Source: Candidatus Binatia bacterium (lineage in GTDB: Bacteria > Desulfobacterota > Binatia > UBA9968). From it: DNA of 64,000 nucleotides. Positions 28,158 to 37,341 of the stretch are shown piece after piece; position 1 is the stretch's first letter; the number at the start of each line of letters is the position of its first letter. The stretch is from contig DASYRN010000030.1 of NCBI GenBank assembly GCA_036004365.1, positions 705 to 64,704 on the forward strand, given 5' to 3'. Position numbers and translations under genes: made by a program. The notes beneath the pieces were generated by a model. That model made no database searches and was not told where the DNA came from. It saw only the letters and a list, made by a program, of their open reading frames with translations.

Positions 28158-28355
28158 CTATTTCTTGGTTTCCGGCCTTCCGAGGTCCGTTCGCACGCCA
28201 TGCTTTTTGAGCTCTTTTTCCGCCTGGTTGCGTGCGTCCGCATTCCTCCCTAATGCCTCCCCGCGAATCTTTTCTTGGCATGGATCACAGATTCCGCCTT
28301 TGATCATCAGAACCAGCTTGCCGCAGATCATGCATCTTTTCTTCTCTTCTCTCAT
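28158..28355 (-). CDS. Small zinc-ribbon protein (CxxC-x17-CxxC), hypothetical
   Basis: 65 aa with CMICGK ... CDPCQEK. Confidence 0.3.
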   Translation of the reverse strand: MREEKKRCMICGKLVLMIKGGICDPCQEKIRGEALGRNADARNQAEKELKKHGVRTDLGRPETKK

Positions 28356-28414
28356 AGGGCTTTATTGTACCTGAAAGGCGAATTTTTCAAAACATATCTT
28401 TTAGGCTCCAAAGT

Positions 28415-28894
28415 TCAGTCCAGCAGCTTGATTTGTGTCGGCTCTTCGAGGATCATTTCCAATCCATACTGGGGATGATCTCTAATCTCGCCCGTCAGTT
28501 CAACCTCTTTTCCCTCATAGTGCTTCGGATTAAGTTTGTTTTTTTGAAATCGCTCCACAGCTGAGGCAAAGATCACGCCCGTGAACGAAGAGCTCGAAGG
28601 GCCAAAGTTCAGGAAGTAGGTATCACTCTTCGCCGAGTAGCCAACCCGAAAAATCCTCCCTCGGATCTTGGCGCGACTTCCGGCCAAGGCTTTAATCTTT
28701 TCTACCTCCCTCGCTTCGATGAGAGGAATTTCGAAAGCTCGGGCCGGGGGCGGGGGTGAAGGAGAGAAAGTGACAGGATATCCTTGATGTTCTGGCGGAG
28801 GAACGTTCCAGCGTTGGTAAAAGAGGTGGGAGAGAAAGCCCGCCAAGAAAGCGGCTAGGATCAAAAGGAATCTGCCGAAAGAGATAAGCCTCAT
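28415..28894 (-). CDS. Hypothetical membrane-anchored protein
   Basis: N-terminal TM segment followed by a Pro-rich linker. No recognisable domain. Confidence 0.35.
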   Translation of the reverse strand: MRLISFGRFLLILAAFLAGFLSHLFYQRWNVPPPEHQGYPVTFSPSPPPPARAFEIPLIEAREVEKIKALAGSRAKIRGRIFRVGYSAKSDTYFLNFGPSSSSFTGVIFASAVERFQKNKLNPKHYEGKEVELTGEIRDHPQYGLEMILEEPTQIKLLD

Positions 28895-29445
28895 CCCTTC
28901 TTTTCCCAGAGCCGAAAAAACTCTTTGCGATACGCTTCGGCTAGCGGCGCCGCATCGCGAAAGAAAAGGAGATTTTCGTCATTATAGTTTTCCGCTGCCA
29001 CAGTCCAGTTATAGGACCCTGTGAAAACCACCTTGCGATCGATCACAGCGAATTTCTGGTGCATCAATCCGACCCCCTTTTCCGCTTTCACTGGATGGGC
29101 TCCAGAAATCCGGCGGACCGGAATCCCCTGCTGTTGCAAAAAAAATCCTTTGGAGGGTTCATTGGCGGCGTCGAACTCTTGGTCTAAAATCACCTGCACT
29201 TGGACGCCCCGTTGCTGCGCCTTCACCAAAGCCCGCGCCAGCTCCTCATGGGTGAAAGCGTAGACCGCGACCAGAATCTCCTTTTGGGCTTGAGCAATCT
29301 CTCGAATGATATAGTTCGAGCACTTTCCCAGGGGACTGAAGCAGGCATGAACCACCATGCCTGCCCAACTCTCCGGAAAGACCAGTGCAAAGTGCAAGAT
29401 GCAAAGTGCAAAAGTAAGAGGAATTTTGCATTTTTCAATTTTCAT
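28891..29445 (-). CDS. Phospholipase D / Nuc-like endonuclease family protein (HKD motif), secreted
   Basis: HQKFAVIDRKVVFTGSYNWT is a PLD HxKx4D motif. N-terminal signal peptide. Confidence 0.7.
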   Translation of the reverse strand: MKIEKCKIPLTFALCILHFALVFPESWAGMVVHACFSPLGKCSNYIIREIAQAQKEILVAVYAFTHEELARALVKAQQRGVQVQVILDQEFDAANEPSKGFFLQQQGIPVRRISGAHPVKAEKGVGLMHQKFAVIDRKVVFTGSYNWTVAAENYNDENLLFFRDAAPLAEAYRKEFFRLWEKKG

Positions 29446-29458
29446 TTTGCATTTTGCG
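29385..29458. repeat. Imperfect palindrome built from TGCAAAG/TGCAAAA heptamers, spanning the holA stop and the PLD-like gene start
   Basis: Left arm GTGCAAAGTGCAAGATGCAAAGTGCAAAAG. Right arm TTTTGCATTTTTCAATTTTCATTTTGCATTTTGCG. It encodes the PLD signal peptide and the holA C-terminus. Confidence 0.55.
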
Positions 29459-30793
29459 TTGCGCAGAGCCTCGACACATTTCCAAGATCAGTCGCTCCAT
29501 CAATATGCGGGGAGAGTGACCGGTCGATTTTAGCCGGATATCCGTTTGGTAGATCGAATCCAAGAAGCGCAGCAACTCCTGAGAGGTAAAGTTGTCCGCT
29601 TTTGTAAAGGTCATGTAGTCCCCATACATACTTCGGGTGAGAACCGGCATGCCCTGTTCTGGTATGCTTGCCTGAAACTGCTGATAGCTCATCTGCTTGC
29701 GCCATTTGTGGCGCAGCTCCCCCTCGATCAGCTGGCGCGCCGCCAGCAGTCGCCGCACCTCGCTTGCAATAGTTGCTAGCAGTTTGAGTGGATGCTCTCC
29801 TTGAGACAAAAGCCGCTCCAAATAGCCCAGAGCCCGTACGGAATCGCGCTCGGCGATAGCGCCGGTCAAATCAAAGATCCAGCCTTCTCCATGATCCAAA
29901 AAGGCCTCTTCGACATCCTTCGATTTGATCCATGGATCCTCTCCGACGTAGAGAAGCAACTTCTCCAGCTCTTGGTGAATCGCCCACAGTTCCTCGCCGG
30001 CCCGAGCGAGAAGGATCTCCTTGGCCTGCGATTCGATTTTCTTTCCCGCCTCTTTCAGACGTCGATCAACGAACTCAGCCACCCTTTCACGGCTAATTCT
30101 GCCGGTTCGGTCGCGCTCTAAGGTCAGGTCCAGGACGCCCCCCTTTTCTTCGAAAATCTTATAGAGGCGAGTCCGGCGGTCTAAGTGGGAGGCCGTTATG
30201 AGAAGTACGGCCCAGGGAGGCAACCCTCGTTCCAAGAACTCCGTTAATCTCTTTTCTTCTCCCTTCGAAAAAGCGCCTAAAGTGATTCTGTAGGTGCGGC
30301 AAAATGCCAAGATCTCATCGAGATCTTCTCTGGCTTCCCGACCAGGGTCGTCGAAAAGATCGGCCAACTGGGTCGCGGAAAAAGACCCCTGGAATCCTTC
30401 CCACTGTTCTTGGGTCCATCCTTCGAGACCGAGAAGCTGCGCCAGGAGCCTCGCTGCCTCTTCCTTTCTTCCCTCGCTCCAGAGTTGAAAGATCTTTTCC
30501 GCTAGACCTCCTTTGTGCTCGCTCGAATGAAAATAAGGCGCATTTTCGATAAGGATCGCTTTTGTCCCCGCGAAAAACGGGGGAGTCATGAGCGCCGCTT
30601 CGATCTGGTCCCACGGCGTAGATTGGCCGTTGAATGACTCGAGATTGAATGCTCGGTTTTCAGAGGGCACGAGTTGGTCAACAATGGCCTTGGTTGCGCT
30701 TTGTACTCTGAAGTCATCGCCATGCAGCAGGAGTACGGCAGGCGCCTTTCCACTTCGGATTTCAGAGAGAGCAGTCGCCAGATCTCGCTTCAT
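29435..30793 (-). CDS. holA: DNA polymerase III delta subunit with an about 100-aa insertion
   Basis: N-terminus PAVLLLHGDDFRV and C-terminal delta-subunit helical domain. Start taken at the internal ATG (MKRDLATAL). Confidence 0.65.
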   Translation of the reverse strand: MKRDLATALSEIRSGKAPAVLLLHGDDFRVQSATKAIVDQLVPSENRAFNLESFNGQSTPWDQIEAALMTPPFFAGTKAILIENAPYFHSSEHKGGLAEKIFQLWSEGRKEEAARLLAQLLGLEGWTQEQWEGFQGSFSATQLADLFDDPGREAREDLDEILAFCRTYRITLGAFSKGEEKRLTEFLERGLPPWAVLLITASHLDRRTRLYKIFEEKGGVLDLTLERDRTGRISRERVAEFVDRRLKEAGKKIESQAKEILLARAGEELWAIHQELEKLLLYVGEDPWIKSKDVEEAFLDHGEGWIFDLTGAIAERDSVRALGYLERLLSQGEHPLKLLATIASEVRRLLAARQLIEGELRHKWRKQMSYQQFQASIPEQGMPVLTRSMYGDYMTFTKADNFTSQELLRFLDSIYQTDIRLKSTGHSPRILMERLILEMCRGSAQRKMQNEN

Positions 30794-30862
30794 GGAATTG
30801 TCGCGCTGGGCGCCAGCGATCAGCAATCAGTGAATGTCTGGGTGAGAGCCGTAACCTCATAG

Positions 30863-31090
30863 TTAGTTTTTGGGAACCCACATCTGGCTCTTCTCGTTCC
30901 AGACATAGTCGGATTTCCAGACCTTCAGACCAATGGTAAAATCGCCGCCCGATTTGGTGACAAAAACTTTTTCCATGGAATGAGGGATTTCCACGCGCGC
31001 CACCCGATAGACTTTTTGGGAGATTCCCTTGTTGACCAGAATGCGGTCGCCGACCCGCATTGCGGTTCGACTTTCCCTGTTCCCTTTCAT
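30863..31090 (-). CDS. Small hypothetical protein (about 65-75 aa)
   Basis: ORF with no recognisable motif. Possible SH3/Tudor-like fold; weak. Confidence 0.25.
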   Translation of the reverse strand: MKGNRESRTAMRVGDRILVNKGISQKVYRVARVEIPHSMEKVFVTKSGGDFTIGLKVWKSDYVWNEKSQMWVPKN

Positions 31091-31192
31091 GGTCGAAAAT
31101 TAACACCGCCTGAAAATCCGCGCAAATAGCTCGACACGCTTCGACCCAACGCGAAAGTGGCGTGGATCTGAGATGGATAGGTCTAAGGAGCA

Positions 31193-32158
31193 TCACCGGA
31201 ACCTCAATTCTTTTTGCACCTCGGTGAGCAAGGACACATCTCGCACCTGCGATAAGGGAATTGTCCGGTCCGATTTGAGCGCTGCTTTGCGGGCTTCAAT
31301 GGCAAAGGCGTAGGTTGCATCGCTGGTGCCGCCGTCGGGGCTGAACGAGGGGACGATCAGATCATAAGATTCACTGGCCACTTCTCGGCTTTGGTTAAGC
31401 CATTGCATCATGATGGGGATGACTTCATCTCTACGTTCTCGGATAAAGCCAAGCGCGCGCACCATGGCGCGAAGGACCCTTTTTGTCTGATCCCGGTGAT
31501 CTCTAAGGCGCAAATCTGTGGTGGCGACAGCGGAAATGGGGCTGCCGATCTTCAAGTCTTTCGGACCTCCGAGAATATTAAACCCCTCCTTTTGCAGGCG
31601 AAGGGGGCCGGGAGGTGAAACGCAGATCGTGTCCACTAAGCCCTTCTTCAGAATCTCGACTCGCACCGGTTCATCGGCGCCCAAAGTGACAAACTGGACC
31701 TCCTTGGGATCTATTCCCTTCGCCTGAAGGATCGCCTCTGCTGCCAAGTTGTCTGAGCCGCCGATTCTTTGCGTCCCAATCTTTTTTCCCCGCAACTCGG
31801 CAAGGGTCCTAATTGCCGGGCGCGAGACGATGTGATGCAGCGGCTTATCTGTAAGAACAGCCAGAAGCTTGAAAGGCATGCCCTGAATCGCAGCCGTCAA
31901 GATGTTGCCGAAGGTCAGGGTGTATTCGATATCGCCGTTTATCAGAGCCGGCACAGCGGTCTGACTTCTCATTTGAACCAGAACAGGTTCCAGCGATTCG
32001 TCTCTAAAGAAACCTTTGACCGCCGCTACCTGAGCAGGCAAGAAAGCATAGGTTCGGCTCGAGTAAGAAATGGTGGCCTTTTCTACCGCATAAGAAGGGT
32101 TCCACATGAGCAGGCCAAGGAACATCCAACCGACAGTCAGGGTTTTATGTTTCACCAC
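31193..32158 (-). CDS. ABC transporter substrate-binding protein (NMT1/SsuA/TauA-like, nitrate/sulfonate/bicarbonate family)
   Basis: Signal peptide. Periplasmic-binding-protein type 2 pattern typical of the NitT/TauT family. Confidence 0.65.
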   Translation of the reverse strand: MVKHKTLTVGWMFLGLLMWNPSYAVEKATISYSSRTYAFLPAQVAAVKGFFRDESLEPVLVQMRSQTAVPALINGDIEYTLTFGNILTAAIQGMPFKLLAVLTDKPLHHIVSRPAIRTLAELRGKKIGTQRIGGSDNLAAEAILQAKGIDPKEVQFVTLGADEPVRVEILKKGLVDTICVSPPGPLRLQKEGFNILGGPKDLKIGSPISAVATTDLRLRDHRDQTKRVLRAMVRALGFIRERRDEVIPIMMQWLNQSREVASESYDLIVPSFSPDGGTSDATYAFAIEARKAALKSDRTIPLSQVRDVSLLTEVQKELRFR

Positions 32159-32342
32159 AATTTTTTTCCTTTTCGTTGCCTTGCGAATGGGCTCAAAGAG
32201 TCATTTACTCCTATCACGAAGCCGAGCCTCCGCCAAATTTTTTTGATATTTTGAAGCGGCTTGACAACAAAGATTTCCTTTCCTATAGCTGAAAGATCTT
32301 TTAAGGCGAACCGAGGCCCGAGGGGATACGGAGGTAGACACG

Positions 32343-33305
32343 ATGCGCTTTCTGACCTTTTTACGAAAGAATCAGAGCCGCCTGGGGTTGGTGGGGCCGG
32401 GGGACGAGATCATCGACTTGGCGGAGCTGAACCGGCGCTATCTCAGAGGGGGCTCGGCGCCCTATCTCAGCAGCATGCAGGCTTTTATCGAGGCGGGTGG
32501 CAAGGCACTTAGCCTGGCAAAAAAAGCCTCCCGGTATGTAGCCGGGAAAGACGAACAGGTTTTGAGAAAGCTTCGGCAGGCCGGAGTCTTGTTGAAACTC
32601 AATCAAGTCAAAGTCCTTTCCCCTATTCCTTGGCCGAGAAAGAATGTCGTCCTTCTTGGAGTGAACTACAAGGAACACATTGAAGAGGGCGCAAGAGCAC
32701 GAGCCCTGGAATTGAAATATCCTGAAGCGCCGGTATTTTTCACCAAACCGGCCACCTCCGTGATTGGTCAAATGGGAAAAGTCATCCATCATAAGGCGAC
32801 CGAGCGCCTCGACTACGAAATCGAGTTGGCGGTGATCGTGGGCAAAAAAGGCAGGGACATACCCAAGGAGAAGATCTACGATTACATCTTTGGCTATACG
32901 ATCTGTCTGGATATGACCGCTCGCGATCTGCAGCGTAAGCACGGCCAGTGGTTCAAGGGGAAATCGCTCGACACTTATTGTCCGATGGGACCTTGGATCG
33001 TTCACAAGAGCGCCATCCCAGATCCTCACAAGTTGCGTCTCATATGTCGGGTGAACGGACAGGTCATGCAGGATGACAACACGGGGAACATGATCTTCGA
33101 CATTCCAACGACGATCGAGGCGCTCTCCAGCGGCATGACCCTCGAGCCCGGGGAAATCATCAGCACCGGCACTCCCTCGGGCGTCGGATTTGCTCGCGTG
33201 CCGCCGTTTTTTCTTAAGCCCGGTGATAAAGTCGAGGGAGACATCGAGGGGATCGGAGTCTTGCAGGTTGAGATAGCCGCCCCTAAAAATAGTTTTGAGT
33301 CATGA
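32343..33305 (+). CDS. Fumarylacetoacetate hydrolase (FAH) family protein
   Basis: FAH-fold motifs (IFGYTICLDMTARDLQ ... EPGEIISTGTPSGVG). Confidence 0.85.
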   Translation: MRFLTFLRKNQSRLGLVGPGDEIIDLAELNRRYLRGGSAPYLSSMQAFIEAGGKALSLAKKASRYVAGKDEQVLRKLRQAGVLLKLNQVKVLSPIPWPRKNVVLLGVNYKEHIEEGARARALELKYPEAPVFFTKPATSVIGQMGKVIHHKATERLDYEIELAVIVGKKGRDIPKEKIYDYIFGYTICLDMTARDLQRKHGQWFKGKSLDTYCPMGPWIVHKSAIPDPHKLRLICRVNGQVMQDDNTGNMIFDIPTTIEALSSGMTLEPGEIISTGTPSGVGFARVPPFFLKPGDKVEGDIEGIGVLQVEIAAPKNSFES

Positions 33306-33345
33306 GTTCTTAGTCTTTTATAAGTCTAACACTCAAAACTAGAAG
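33288..33345. repeat. AT-rich hairpin element (11-bp perfect inverted repeat TAGTTTTGAGT ... ACTCAAAACTA)
   Basis: Overlaps the last codons of the FAH gene and fills the gap to the next gene. Shares TAAGTCTAA(C/T)ACTCAA with the 10084..10161 element. Confidence 0.6.
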
Positions 33346-33352
33346 TCGTTGT

Positions 33353-34195
33353 ATGCGAGTCAGGCCCGCTGCTGTGGCAGGTTCATTCTATCCCGCGGAG
33401 CCTAATGAACTCCGAGAATCGTTGCACGAGTGTTTCACCTCGCATCGTTTAGGCCCACAAGGTAAAAGATTCCCTTCTTCGTCGCTTCTCGGAGGAATAG
33501 TTCCCCACGCCGGATATGTTTACTCCGGTCCCTGCGCCGCGCACTTCTATTCATGCCTGAACCTCGACGCACGGTGCGTCGTGTTGCTGGGAGTGAATCA
33601 CGGCGGCGGAGGGGCGCGGGCGGCGCTGAGTCCGCTGGATCATTGGGAGACCCCTCTAGGCAAGGTACAAGTAGATCAAGACTTGGCAAGAGAACTTAAG
33701 CATCGGAGCGACCTTTTAGAAGAAGACGAGGAGCCTCATCTTCGAGAGCATAGCATTGAGGTTCAGCTGCCGTTCCTCCAAAGCCTCTTCAGTGACTTTA
33801 CTTTTTTACCGCTATCGCTGTCCTATCTGTCGGATAGGGAATGCGAAGATCTCGGACTGTCGGTCGCTCGGGTGTATGAAGCGGCGACGGCGGCGGGAAA
33901 AAAGACCGTTATCGTCGCCAGCAGCGATCTCAGCCATTATCTGTCCCCTAAGGAAACCGAAAGGCTGGACCAAATGGCTTTGGAACCTGTATTGGCTCTC
34001 GATCCGTCAGGGCTTTTGAAGACCGTGGAGGAGGAGAATATCAGTATGTGCGGGGTAATCCCGGCGGCCGTTTTCCTGTTTGCGGCTAAGGCTCTCGGCG
34101 CCAAACAGGCGCAACTGCTCAAGCACTGCCATTCCGGCGACGCGGTCCCCATGAGAGAAGTCGTGGGCTACGCCAGCGTGGCGGTCGAACTATAA
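33353..34195 (+). CDS. AmmeMemoRadiSam system protein B (MEMO1 family)
   Basis: AGSFYP ... HAGYVYSG ... SSDLSHY MEMO1 motifs. Confidence 0.8.
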   Translation: MRVRPAAVAGSFYPAEPNELRESLHECFTSHRLGPQGKRFPSSSLLGGIVPHAGYVYSGPCAAHFYSCLNLDARCVVLLGVNHGGGGARAALSPLDHWETPLGKVQVDQDLARELKHRSDLLEEDEEPHLREHSIEVQLPFLQSLFSDFTFLPLSLSYLSDRECEDLGLSVARVYEAATAAGKKTVIVASSDLSHYLSPKETERLDQMALEPVLALDPSGLLKTVEEENISMCGVIPAAVFLFAAKALGAKQAQLLKHCHSGDAVPMREVVGYASVAVEL

Positions 34196-34329
34196 GCTCT
34201 CTGCGGCTAGGTCGAAGACGGCTCAAAGCCTTGGACCTTAAGAATTTGAAATTCCAGGGGACTTGAGGCAGGCAACCTCGCTTCAACGAAGTTTGACTTG
34301 CCGTCGCCCATTTGTTAGTTCTCTCTTTA

Positions 34330-34426
34330 AGCTAGGGGTGTTCGCCTGGCGGACTGAGAACCTGAGGCGGAAGTTATCGGGTAACCCTCTGAACCTGACC
34401 CGGATAGTGCCGGCGTAGGGAAGCGT
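34330..34426 (+). ncRNA. TPP (thiamine pyrophosphate, THI-box) riboswitch
   Basis: Conserved GGGGTG ... CTGAGA ... ACCC ... GAACCTGACCCGGATAGTGCCGGCGTAGGGAA. Followed by the hairpin ACCGTATTCC...GGATACGGT plus TTTTTT (about 34470-34517) as a terminator expression platform, directly upstream of thiS. Confidence 0.85.
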
Positions 34427-34523
34427 GAGAGTCGCGGTTCCTTGTCGTTTCGCGACGGGACGAGCTTAAGACCGTATTCCCTGGCCACTGGATGTGGTCA
34501 AGTCGGATACGGTTTTTTAATGC

Positions 34524-34724
34524 ATGATAGTCCAGATCAACGGTGAAAAGAGAGAGATCCAAGCAGCTCTGAGCGTTGCGCAACTCCTCGAACAGCTGGG
34601 GATTCGACCCGGCAGAGTCGTTGTCGAGCTTAACCGAGATATCGTTTCCCGGGATGCTTTTCAGGATAAATTTTTGAAGGAAGGGGACACCGTGGAGATC
34701 GTTCATTTTGTCGGGGGAGGATAA
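34524..34724 (+). CDS. thiS: Sulfur carrier protein ThiS
   Basis: 66 aa ending in GG ([10 protein letters not shown]). Immediately precedes thiG. Confidence 0.8.
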   Translation: MIVQINGEKREIQAALSVAQLLEQLGIRPGRVVVELNRDIVSRDAFQDKFLKEGDTVEIVHFVGGG

Positions 34725-34725
34725 A

Positions 34726-35499
34726 ATGGAAGATGTTTTTAAGCTGGCGGAAAGGAGCTACAAATCGCGCCTGATCGTCGGGACCGGAAAATACAAAGAT
34801 TTCGGTGAGACGCAAAAAGCCATCGAGGCCTCGGGAGCCGAGATTGTTACGGTAGCAGTGCGCAGGGTCAACATTACGGATCCCAACAAAGAAAATCTTC
34901 TCGATTACATCGACCCCAAAAGATATAGGATCCTGCCCAACACGGCGGGCTGCTACACCGCGGACGAGGCGGTTCGCACCTGCCGCCTCGCTCGCGAGGC
35001 CGGGGTAGGAAACATGGTAAAGCTTGAGGTCATTGGTGACGAAAGAACCCTCTTTCCCGACATAGCAGCCACTCTTGACGCAGCGCGAATCCTTATAAAG
35101 GAAGGTTTCGTTGTCCTTCCCTATATCACTGATGATCCGGTGGCGGCAAAAAAACTTGAGCAGATGGGATGCGCCGCCGTGATGCCGCTGGCGGCTCCCA
35201 TCGGCTCCGGTTTGGGGATTCGAAATCCGTACAATATTCGCATAATTCTAGAACACGCCAGAGTGCCAGTCATTGTCGATGCGGGCGTGGGAACTGCTTC
35301 CGACGCGTCCATTGCAATGGAGATGGGCTGCGACGGTGTCCTGATGAATACAGCCATCGCCGGCGCCAAGGATCCGATCCTGATGGCCGAGGCCATGCGG
35401 CTTGCGGTGGACGCAGGAAGAAAGGCTTTTCTGGCCGGGCGCGTTCCTAAAAAGCTCTACGCTATGGCCTCCAGTCCGCTTGAGGGCTTTTTAGGCTAG
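34726..35499 (+). CDS. thiG: Thiazole synthase
   Basis: LIVGTGKY ... typical ThiG. RBS GGGGGAGGA. Confidence 0.9.
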   Translation: MEDVFKLAERSYKSRLIVGTGKYKDFGETQKAIEASGAEIVTVAVRRVNITDPNKENLLDYIDPKRYRILPNTAGCYTADEAVRTCRLAREAGVGNMVKLEVIGDERTLFPDIAATLDAARILIKEGFVVLPYITDDPVAAKKLEQMGCAAVMPLAAPIGSGLGIRNPYNIRIILEHARVPVIVDAGVGTASDASIAMEMGCDGVLMNTAIAGAKDPILMAEAMRLAVDAGRKAFLAGRVPKKLYAMASSPLEGFLG

Positions 35500-35505
35500 C
35501 TTCGT

Positions 35506-36150
35506 TTGCGATTGCGCTCTCCCCATTTTGACCTCTACCTTGTAACCGATCGCGCTCAAACAGGCGGAAGGGATCTCCTTTGGATCCTTGAGCAGGCCTT
35601 GGAAGCCGGCGTGACAGCCGTTCAGCTGAGGGAGAAGGATCTAAGCGGCCGGGAACTTCTTATCCTGGCTGAAAAGGCAAAAAAACTCTGCCAGCGCTAT
35701 CGTACCAGCCTGTTCATCAATGACCGCATTGATGTCGCATTGGAAGTCGATGCGGAAGGAGTGCAGCTCGGAACCTCTTCCATGCCGATTGAGGCTGCGC
35801 GACGACTCCTTGGAGAAGAAAAGCTGATCGGCGTTTCTACCCATTCGGTCAGAGAGGCCGAGGCCGCCGAACAGGCAGGCGCGGACTTTATCCTTTTTGG
35901 ACCGATCTATTTTACTCCCTCCAAGGCTGTGTACGGGGAACCCCAAGGGCTTGGTCCTCTAAAAAACGTGGTAGAAAAAGTCTCTCTTCCTGTTTATGCT
36001 ATCGGCGGAATAAGAGAGGAGAATGCAGCCGAGGTCAAGGAAACCGGTATCAGAGGGGTTGCTCTGATTTCTGCCGTGCTGGGTGCAGCGGAGCCTGGGG
36101 AAGCAACCCGTAGGATTCTCGCCGCCGTACGGAATGAAGCCGATGAGTGA
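35506..36150 (+). CDS. thiE: Thiamine-phosphate synthase
   Basis: TMP-TENI fold motifs (VQLREKD ... IGVSTHS ... ADFILFGP). Confidence 0.85.
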   Translation: MRLRSPHFDLYLVTDRAQTGGRDLLWILEQALEAGVTAVQLREKDLSGRELLILAEKAKKLCQRYRTSLFINDRIDVALEVDAEGVQLGTSSMPIEAARRLLGEEKLIGVSTHSVREAEAAEQAGADFILFGPIYFTPSKAVYGEPQGLGPLKNVVEKVSLPVYAIGGIREENAAEVKETGIRGVALISAVLGAAEPGEATRRILAAVRNEADE

Positions 36151-36448
36151 AAATAGCTTGGCAGTTTTAAATTACTTCAGAGAGCATCTTCTGGCCAGTT
36201 TGATCATCGTCGTGATAGCGGGTTTTGCGGCCAGTAAGTCCGTCGCGATGGGTGCGAACCGAGGCTTTTTTTTCTACCTCTTCGTCGGGGTTGTGGGTTC
36301 ATTCGTGGGATATTTCGCTCTTTTTTATTTTGGTTTAAGAGAACTATTGGACAGTTTGACCGGTTTCCGCTACCTTTTCGATTTCTTTGCCGCCTATATA
36401 GGCTCTTTTGTTGTCGCGGCTTTATTACATTTCGTTAAACCTCAATGA
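36143..36448 (+). CDS. GlsB/YeaQ/YmgE-family transglycosylase-associated small membrane protein
   Basis: Three TM helices with a glycine-rich pattern. Its start overlaps the thiE stop. Confidence 0.5.
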   Translation: MSENSLAVLNYFREHLLASLIIVVIAGFAASKSVAMGANRGFFFYLFVGVVGSFVGYFALFYFGLRELLDSLTGFRYLFDFFAAYIGSFVVAALLHFVKPQ

Positions 36449-36524
<76 letters not shown>

Positions 36525-36555
36525 ATCTTATCGTTGCCGATGACTAAAGGCGCAG

Positions 36556-37341
36556 CTAGTGGGCTGTGGAGGTTGGTTTCTCTTTGATTTTCCAATAGTG
36601 TTGGCCGCGTTCAAATCCAAAGCGAAAAGACTTCTCTTTGTATTCGCTCGGATAGCGCCGCTGCAAATACTCTATGGCCCTATCGTAGGATTGCCCGCGG
36701 ATCTCGGGATGCAAGGCGGCTTCAAATCCGCGCCGAAAAGTAGGCTCTATCGATCTGAAGCTTTCTCCTGTCGCGGCGTAATGCTCTTCTTCGGCACTGC
36801 GTAAGCCGATCCACCAGCGTTCGCGCGCCGAATCAATACCTTCCGCTCCATGTCTTGATAGTATAGCACGAACGGAGTCCGCCTGAGGGTCATCTTCGGT
36901 GAGAATGACGAGAATCGTGCGTCCTTGCCTCAGTGCGTCTTCGTAGAGGAACCATTCATCTTTAGGCAGCCCGACCGAAAGCGCATTCTCCAAAGCGTCC
37001 CCCGCAGCCGCCCCGCTCAATGCACCCGCGATACCCATCAGTCCCGAGGCGACCAGTCCAATCGCTATCACCGGCCCCACGCCCGAGACGACGGCTGTGG
37101 CCGCGGCCATACCAAGATATGCCCCTCCGGCAGTACCGAGGCCCGTACCCACAACAGCTCCCAGAGCCTGCCCCATGCCCGGCTGCTCCCCTTCATCTTT
37201 CGGTACAGCCTGAAGCTCATGTGCTGACGCTCCAGGCGTTAGAAGATTTATATTCCAGTTGGCGATGCCAATCGCTTGCAGATCTTTGATCGCTTGCTTG
37301 GCGGCGCGCACATTAATGAAGATTCCAACGACAGATTCCAT
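36556..37341 (-). CDS. YflT/general-stress-protein-17M-like N-domain protein with a glycine-zipper membrane segment
   Basis: N-terminus VVGIFINVRAAKQAIKDLQAIGI. Central run GxxxGxxxG (GAVVGTGLGTAGGAYLGMAAA). Confidence 0.4.
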   Translation of the reverse strand: MESVVGIFINVRAAKQAIKDLQAIGIANWNINLLTPGASAHELQAVPKDEGEQPGMGQALGAVVGTGLGTAGGAYLGMAAATAVVSGVGPVIAIGLVASGLMGIAGALSGAAAGDALENALSVGLPKDEWFLYEDALRQGRTILVILTEDDPQADSVRAILSRHGAEGIDSARERWWIGLRSAEEEHYAATGESFRSIEPTFRRGFEAALHPEIRGQSYDRAIEYLQRRYPSEYKEKSFRFGFERGQHYWKIKEKPTSTAH

